Assembly (NCBI GenBank): GCA_051294905.1 | Contig: CM119372.1 | Location: 30,442,001-30,506,000 of the forward strand | Origin: Botryllus schlosseri | Lineage: Eukaryota | Reading direction: 5' to 3' | DNA: 64,000 bases | In this document: positions 58,526-64,000 of the stretch, piece after piece | Numbering within the stretch: the first letter of the stretch is position 1 | Layout of the letters: each line of letters starts with the position of its first letter | Program-made: the position numbers and the translations under genes | Notes under the pieces: model-generated | What the model saw: only the letters and a program-made list of their open reading frames with translations | Database searches by the model: none | Told to the model about the DNA's origin: nothing

Positions 58526-58871
58526 TCGCGATGCCTTTCAACAATACTATCGTGTGCAAAGTGGTAATGGCATAAACTATTTTCGAGGACGAGTGCAAAG
58601 AGGACACGGTTTAGGAAATCTCTTTCGTAGTTTGGGACGAAGTGTTGTACCATTGATATCAAAAGGGGCGAAAGCTCTCGGCAAACAACTACTCCATACA
58701 GGAGCAGAAGTAGCTTCTGACGTATTGCGTGGACAAAACGTCGGTGAAAGCTTCAAAATAAGAGGAAAACAAGCAGCTAGCAAAGCTCTTGACAACTTCC
58801 TAGGCAAGAGAAAGGCACCTAGAAAAAAGACCACGAAACGGAAAAAGCGGCGACGGGACATTTTCGATTAA
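58503..58871 (+). CDS. Basic core/membrane-active protein (QRGHGLG)
   Basis: Homolog of 7149..7520. Confidence 0.7.
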   Translation: MRAHYCCDRDAFQQYYRVQSGNGINYFRGRVQRGHGLGNLFRSLGRSVVPLISKGAKALGKQLLHTGAEVASDVLRGQNVGESFKIRGKQAASKALDNFLGKRKAPRKKTTKRKKRRRDIFD

Positions 58872-58921
58872 ATAGAACTCTCCCTACTTTATTTTTTCAT
58901 TAGCTAGCAGACTCGCGAAAG

Positions 58922-60199
58922 ATGACGGAGCTAATTCACGCGAAATCTGCCGAAGGCGTACATCCTAGCTTGGATCTTTTTCAACTCCCACCTACCCAAA
59001 CAAGCGTGGAGAAGAAACGGATCATTAAGATTCCACCTGTGTCGGACAACGCAAGCGTGATTATTTACCGCTATGAAGGCTGTGACGATTTTATTGATTT
59101 AAGCGAATCCTATTTTTTATTTCGCTTGAAACTATTGAAAGGCGATGCGGATCTAGCTGCCACGGACAGCATTGGAGTTGTGAATAACATTCTTGATTCT
59201 CTAATTTCTCAACTTCACATCAAAGTCGGGAACCATACCCTGAAACAAGACGTGAAGCTACAATGTTATTCAGCCTACTTACACTATCTGTTCACACCTC
59301 ACGACGTGCAAGAGACAACGCTTCTTACACAAAGATGGGTCAAGGACACAGAGAAGCAATTAGATGATTCGGGCCTAGGCAATGATGCGGCTAACAAAGG
59401 TCATAAGGCGAGAAATTTGCCGTATGCCGGGAGCAAAGTCGTTGAAATTCGCGGTAAAATACATCATGGGTTGTGTTTGCAAGACCGCTATATTTTGGAC
59501 GAGGTTCCGTTAGAGTTCGAATTAACATTGAATCCGAAAAGTTTCTTTCTGTTTGGAGCCGCTACCAGCAATTTCAAAATCATCAAAAAAGAATTGCACC
59601 TATGTGGAGTGCGGGTAACCGAAGATGTAAAATCTGCCTTGATGGTAGACGCACCGGCTAGGTATCCCTTTATGGACATGAAGCTGCTGACTCGAACTTT
59701 TGCGGCTAACACCACTCAAATCGATATTGGTAATCTGTATTCGGGAACCCTGCCGACACGTTTGATTATAGCAATGGTGAAAACCGAGGCATTCCAAGGA
59801 GCATTAGATAAGAACCCATATAATTTTATTCATAATAAAATGAATCGGGTTGAATTGAAAGTAAATGGTTTCCTTATGCCAGAGGGTGGCTACGAACTTG
59901 ATTTTGAAAACAATCATTATTCCGAGGCCTACCTAAATCTCATTCAATCTATGGGTGCCATCGAACGACAAAAAGGCTTGATTTCACCTTCCGAGTTCGC
60001 AAATGGATACACGCTCCTGGCGTATAATTTGCGAGGTGACGATTTAGATGACTGCTTCGAGCTGCAGAAAAGTGGAACGATCAGTCTTCGAATCACCTTT
60101 CCTGCGGCAGGTGTTGAGAGCGAAACGACACTGCTGTGCTTTATGGAATTTCAAAAAATACTGGAAATAAGCCAAGCTCGCACGGTGACCGTGATATGA
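58922..60199 (+). CDS. Major capsid protein
   Basis: 425 aa, colinear with 7570..8847. Confidence 0.88.
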   Translation: MTELIHAKSAEGVHPSLDLFQLPPTQTSVEKKRIIKIPPVSDNASVIIYRYEGCDDFIDLSESYFLFRLKLLKGDADLAATDSIGVVNNILDSLISQLHIKVGNHTLKQDVKLQCYSAYLHYLFTPHDVQETTLLTQRWVKDTEKQLDDSGLGNDAANKGHKARNLPYAGSKVVEIRGKIHHGLCLQDRYILDEVPLEFELTLNPKSFFLFGAATSNFKIIKKELHLCGVRVTEDVKSALMVDAPARYPFMDMKLLTRTFAANTTQIDIGNLYSGTLPTRLIIAMVKTEAFQGALDKNPYNFIHNKMNRVELKVNGFLMPEGGYELDFENNHYSEAYLNLIQSMGAIERQKGLISPSEFANGYTLLAYNLRGDDLDDCFELQKSGTISLRITFPAAGVESETTLLCFMEFQKILEISQARTVTVI

Positions 60200-60657
60200 A
60201 CGGACAAGAAATAGATGAAATATTGTATAGTTACCATGCTACGAAACAACACTATCTAGGGAATTTCCCTATTGATCAACTCCCTCAGCGCCCAAAACCT
60301 CCTTATTCAATTGTGATCAATTATGATGAAAGTCACAAGGAAGGTAGTCACTGGGTTTGCATATATGCTGATCAATATGAAACCCATTTTCACGATAGTC
60401 TGGGTATCACTCCATTCAGGATTGAGATTGCGAGTTTCCTTGATCCCGAAAATTATACTAGCTCAATAAAACCATTACAGCATGAAAGGTCAGACGCTTG
60501 TGGAGCTCATGCAATTGCATATATCGTGAAACGCTCTACTGGTATGAGCACACTACAGTATTTGGATCACTTCGGTGATGATCGAAAAGAGAACGACGAT
60601 ATCGTAGTGGACTTCGTTAGAATCTTGAAATGGGAGCAACTAGTTTCACCATCATAG
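60196..60657 (+). CDS. Adenain-like protease
   Basis: GSHW, HDSLG, LQ..SDACG; ATGA overlap with the MCP stop. Confidence 0.92.
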   Translation: MNGQEIDEILYSYHATKQHYLGNFPIDQLPQRPKPPYSIVINYDESHKEGSHWVCIYADQYETHFHDSLGITPFRIEIASFLDPENYTSSIKPLQHERSDACGAHAIAYIVKRSTGMSTLQYLDHFGDDRKENDDIVVDFVRILKWEQLVSPS

Positions 60658-60686
60658 AATACTTTGGAGATGATGAGAAGGCCTAC

Positions 60687-60947
60687 ATGAAAGTCCAAGG
60701 AAAAATTATTGTCATGAATGCAAATCGTATTCATAGAATTTCTTTCGAGCCGTTTCACATACGCATTTACCCGCATGATAACGAAGTTACAATTTTCCGC
60801 GGGTCTGATTGGATCCCAGTGCGTTTTCCTAAAAATTGTATGTATATAGATGTGTTGTCGAAGCATAGAATTATTCGTCGTAACCGCGGTGAACTTGTCG
60901 TTTTTCGTAGACTAAAATTATGGGAATTTTTGAGAAATCGCTTTTAA
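60687..60947 (+). CDS. Orphan, beta-strand-rich
   Basis: Clean ORF followed by TAATAAA. Confidence 0.5.
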   Translation: MKVQGKIIVMNANRIHRISFEPFHIRIYPHDNEVTIFRGSDWIPVRFPKNCMYIDVLSKHRIIRRNRGELVVFRRLKLWEFLRNRF

Positions 60948-61014
60948 TAAATTCGTGTGTATTCATCGGAGTTATATATAAGTGGTTATTGCTCGGGATC
61001 TAGTCAGTGTCATC

Positions 61015-61755
61015 ATGAATGCGCTTATAGTATCGATGTGTTATCGCGGAAAGCCGCACCATGTCGAAAATGAAGGAACGTTACAAGACATTCAGATTAT
61101 GACAGATATCTTAGTACAGAAATTCAAATTCAAGCCTGAAGATATCAAAGTGTTGCGTGAAGAGCAAGCCACTCTTGGAAATTTTTCCAGAGAGCTTCAA
61201 ACGATGGCCGATAGTAGCGCCAAGATAAACTTCATATATTTCGTCGGTCACGGATTTTCATGTCCAAATAACACAAAAGAAAATGATCCTGAAGCTCGCG
61301 ATTCCGGATTTGTATTTTATGATAGGCATCTACTCGATGATGATATGTGTGAGCTATTAAAAAGCTTTCGTAAAGATACAAAAAACCTACTCATGTTTGC
61401 GCAGTGTTATAGTGGTAACTCTGCCGATTTGAAATTTCATTTACGAGAAGACGCTGCTTCGCAAGCACTCAAACGCAAACGAGACGTAAAATCCAAAACT
61501 GTTCTCATAAGTGCAGTTAGTGACGATCAAATCAGTTGGTGTTTTGAAGACGGTAGTGCTTTTGCAAAGAATTTCAGAACCGTCATACGTGAACACGACG
61601 AAATCAAATTCTTCGATCTTATGCGTAAATTGCGACAACTAGATAAGAGACAAAAGTGTTCGATATCATCAAGCTTCAAATTGGATGAACACGATCATCT
61701 CATTCGAAAAAGAAGTTTCAGTTGGATAAAATCTCAATGGAAGAAATCGAAATAA
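61015..61755 (+). CDS. Metacaspase-like cysteine protease (C14)
   Basis: ALIV..Y...GTLQDI..M...L, T..N, YFVGHG (His), D.DE-like loop, LLDDD, FAQCYSG..DL (Cys), ISAVSDDQ.S, GSAF, Q...SSS follow the metacaspase motif order. Confidence 0.8.
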   Translation: MNALIVSMCYRGKPHHVENEGTLQDIQIMTDILVQKFKFKPEDIKVLREEQATLGNFSRELQTMADSSAKINFIYFVGHGFSCPNNTKENDPEARDSGFVFYDRHLLDDDMCELLKSFRKDTKNLLMFAQCYSGNSADLKFHLREDAASQALKRKRDVKSKTVLISAVSDDQISWCFEDGSAFAKNFRTVIREHDEIKFFDLMRKLRQLDKRQKCSISSSFKLDEHDHLIRKRSFSWIKSQWKKSK

Positions 61756-61840
61756 TAACTATCGTTGCAACCGCGCTGTTATTTCTGGAATTCTTATTAT
61801 ATACGCTATTTTGCTGTGGAGAAGAATGTGAACGTAAATC

Positions 61841-62182
61841 ATGACTATGGCTCGCATTTGTATTGGTCCCCTACGCTTGAGTAGTAATGGAGATCGTAGC
61901 TATTATGAAAAAACAATTGTATTACCGAAAGTGAGATCTATCACTATTCCTTTCTCATGTGAAATAATGTATCGTACCAATAAGATCGTAGTGAAGAAAC
62001 TGCATGTTCCTCACTACGGTAAGATTGAATCTCCGACAATCACTGTCTGCAAAGACAAACATTACTGTTTACCGCGTACCTGTCCTATTCTTATAGAATT
62101 TAAAGGGAATGCGATCGTTGTAAAAAATATAATCGTATTCGAAGCGTTACACAACGCGCGATTTTATGATGCTTGTTACTAG
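61841..62182 (+). CDS. Orphan, beta-strand-rich
   Basis: Clean 113-aa ORF followed by AATAAA. Confidence 0.5.
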   Translation: MTMARICIGPLRLSSNGDRSYYEKTIVLPKVRSITIPFSCEIMYRTNKIVVKKLHVPHYGKIESPTITVCKDKHYCLPRTCPILIEFKGNAIVVKNIIVFEALHNARFYDACY

Positions 62183-62266
62183 TTTGATATGTCTGTAATA
62201 AAATCACAAAACAACTACGGATCCTCATTCGTGTTCTAGTCAGATACAGCATCAATAGAAAAGTCG

Positions 62267-62337
62267 TGGAGACTACGGGAATTGAACCCGTATCTTCTAT
62301 TTGCAAGACAGATACTCTACCATTGAGCTAAGTCCCC
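62267..62337 (-). tRNA. tRNA-Ala (anticodon UGC)
   Basis: GGGGACT TA GCTC AATGGTA GAGT A TCTGT CTTGCAA ATAGA AGAT ACGGG TTCAATT CCCGT AGTCTCC A: all four stems pair, G3:U70 alanine determinant, A73, A- and B-boxes, TTTT terminator 5 nt downstream, no encoded CCA. Confidence 0.93.
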
Positions 62338-62446
62338 ATTCAGACGAATAACAACGCAACCAGACGTTGATTTTTGTTATTTATTACAAGAACAATACGG
62401 AATGTATAATGCAATTCCACGCTACTCGCGGTGGATTAAAACAACA

Positions 62447-62926
62447 CTATTTTTCTTGCTGGGTGACTTGCGTATCTTCCATTGCATGTCTACGGGTATA
62501 TTGAGTAGCTAGTTGGAAATAACGTTCCTTATTTTTTAAATACATTTCCGCACTCTCTTGATCCATCGGATCATAAGGGTTTGGTGAAGCGAGCAATGAA
62601 CGTATTGATATCAGTAGAGTGGACGTTGTCATCGCTGGTGACCATTCCTTCTGTAAAATATCGACACATATGGTACCTTTACAGCTTACGTTAGGATGGA
62701 ATATCCGTGTTTCAAATCGCATTTTAGGAGGCTTGAATGGATACTCGGTAGAATATTCGATTGATAATCTGAACACACCACCTTCGTAGGGTGTTCCGTT
62801 TGGTCCTTGGATCGTTGCCCACCAACTATACATATTCTTTTCATCGAATGGTCCTGCTCGGATAGCTTCGTAAGCATTCTGCTTAAATTTTGCTTGTTCA
62901 TATATCAAACGCTTCAAAGCACGCAT
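62447..62926 (-). CDS. Ubiquitin-conjugating enzyme E2 (UBE2D/Ubc4-5-like), intronless
   Basis: MRALKRL, WWATIQGP.GTPYEGGVF, YPFKPPK, IFHPN..GTICVDIL (catalytic Cys), WSPA, PNP.DP; an upstream ATG at 62959 is also possible. Confidence 0.93.
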   Translation of the reverse strand: MRALKRLIYEQAKFKQNAYEAIRAGPFDEKNMYSWWATIQGPNGTPYEGGVFRLSIEYSTEYPFKPPKMRFETRIFHPNVSCKGTICVDILQKEWSPAMTTSTLLISIRSLLASPNPYDPMDQESAEMYLKNKERYFQLATQYTRRHAMEDTQVTQQEK

Positions 62927-63092
62927 GCCTATCGAATGATAGTATTCGAACTGTCGCACTTGCTTTCAAATAAATTATAATTCAATCTAATTATACATGT
63001 AAATAGAAATAGGTTACAGAATAATGAATGATATGATTAATGTATGAAATGACATGCGTCGCGCATTTCAAATCTACAACAAAAAAAAAATA

Positions 63093-63419
63093 TTAATGTA
63101 TGAGATGAGATGCGTCGCTCATTTCTAATCTGTAACAATTTTTCATGAATAGGCTGTTTAATTCCACGGCGGTTCCTTGTTTGATAGTAATACACTTTCC
63201 ATTTATGTGGACATCTTCCTCATGAATCTTCATTGATTTTTTTTCGTTGTCTTCGTCACGTATGATCACCCACGTATATCCTTTACGGCGTTTTATTATG
63301 AACTGCTGCTCCAATTTTATCGTCGCTACACCCGTTACTATTATACTCTTTGAAGTTTGGTCCATTGTAATATTTGTTGGAGATTCGAATTTGACATCGT
63401 TAATCACTATTCGTCCCAT
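63093..63419 (-). CDS. Orphan, beta-strand-rich
   Basis: Clean 108-aa ORF transcribed inward from the right terminal region. Confidence 0.5.
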   Translation of the reverse strand: MGRIVINDVKFESPTNITMDQTSKSIIVTGVATIKLEQQFIIKRRKGYTWVIIRDEDNEKKSMKIHEEDVHINGKCITIKQGTAVELNSLFMKNCYRLEMSDASHLIH

Positions 63420-63490
63420 CGTCGCTCAATTTCGTATTGAATGGCTTAGCATCAAATTTGTGACTTAAATAGTCGCCTAAACTTCTTCTA

Positions 63491-63942
63491 CAATCATTGT
63501 CAATACAATGATGATCACACCATCGCGGAATAAACATATATATATGATTGCAAACTTGTCACGTGATCAAAGCTATGTATGGTGCAATATCGCTAGGTTA
63601 TTACCCATTGTGCAATAACGGTCACACAACTCTTTCGCGCGCTTTTCTCTGTTTGATTTGAAATTCAAAAGTGGTCACGTGATTGGAGTGGGTCTAAATA
63701 CCCACTTTGACGCCTTAATCAAAACAACAGCAACGAACGCTAGGCGAGATGGGCAGAAGACTGCAAATCCTGAACAATGGAGGGTGTAACACCAGAACGA
63801 GCGAAAATATACTTCGAACATTTGGACAAGCACTGGGAGAGGAACTGGGATGGAGCTTGCGATGGGATGGCTGTATAGGAATAATTGGACTGTATATAGG
63901 AATAAGAATGATTTGTAGTGATGCTAAAAAAATATATAATTA
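63491..63942. repeat. Imperfect, block-shuffled inverted repeat of the left terminal region of element 2
   Basis: 63628-63683 = rc of 44933-44988; 63540-63597 ~ rc 45200-45255; 63491-63520 ~ rc 45042-45071; 63893-63942 ~ rc 45248-45297. Confidence 0.85.
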
Positions 63943-64000
63943 TTTTCTTCATCGTCACTTATAATACATGTATATCCTTCATGACGTTTTAAAATATATA

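Larger units (their letters stand above)
44881..63690 (+). mobile_element. Polinton/Maverick (adintovirus-like) element 2 with accessory cargo; right terminus uncertain
   Basis: Starts AGTAGT at 44881; full core gene set; imperfect inverted repeat blocks 44933-45297 versus 63491-63942; ~18.8 kb. The terminal ACTACT and TSD are not seen in the window. Confidence 0.92.

Noticed and set aside
63740-63964. ORFs on both strands at the window end, one faintly death-domain-like
   Set aside because: They overlap a terminal repeat block, similarity is limited to a few residues, and context is cut by the window edge.
1-64000. Prokaryotic or free-virus origin of the window
   Set aside because: Spliceosomal introns in EXOSC6, SINEs, LINEs and TSD-flanked eukaryotic transposons show integrated animal genomic DNA.

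Overview
Eukaryotic (animal, probably marine invertebrate) genomic DNA. It holds two same-orientation but clearly divergent Polinton/Maverick (adintovirus-like) endogenous viruses around a compact cluster of four minus-strand host genes (SLX9/FAM207A, SOD2, six-exon EXOSC6, MGAT2) and a dense set of nested transposons. Polinton 1 (1..13320, left part outside the window) has the core block pPolB, ATPase, spliced small ORF, integrase, two minor capsid proteins, major capsid protein and adenain-like protease. A ~4 kb non-coding right arm follows, with a ~500-bp tandem array, ending in TACTACT. Polinton 2 (44881..~63690, starts AGTAGT, ~18.8 kb) has the same core gene order. Its arms carry unusual cargo: a stand-alone death domain, a single-BIR (IAP-like) protein, a PPxY-motif protein, a degenerate SF3-helicase-like ORF, a metacaspase-like protease, a UBE2D-like E2 enzyme and a structurally complete tRNA-Ala(UGC) gene. 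This cargo is the best candidate for an undescribed system, namely a virus-borne cell-death/ubiquitin control kit plus its own tRNA. Both Polintons share a 51-54 nt spliceosomal intron at the same site, which the ORF track misses. Between them lie hAT elements with 8-bp TSDs, a 3.7-kb Sola2-like palindrome carrying a LINE fragment in both arms and splitting a SINE, two tRNA-derived SINE families, a THAP transposon remnant, and a NOF/Foldback-like MULE with an Ulp1-type protease and PHD finger. All family calls come from motif recognition by eye; no database searches were run.
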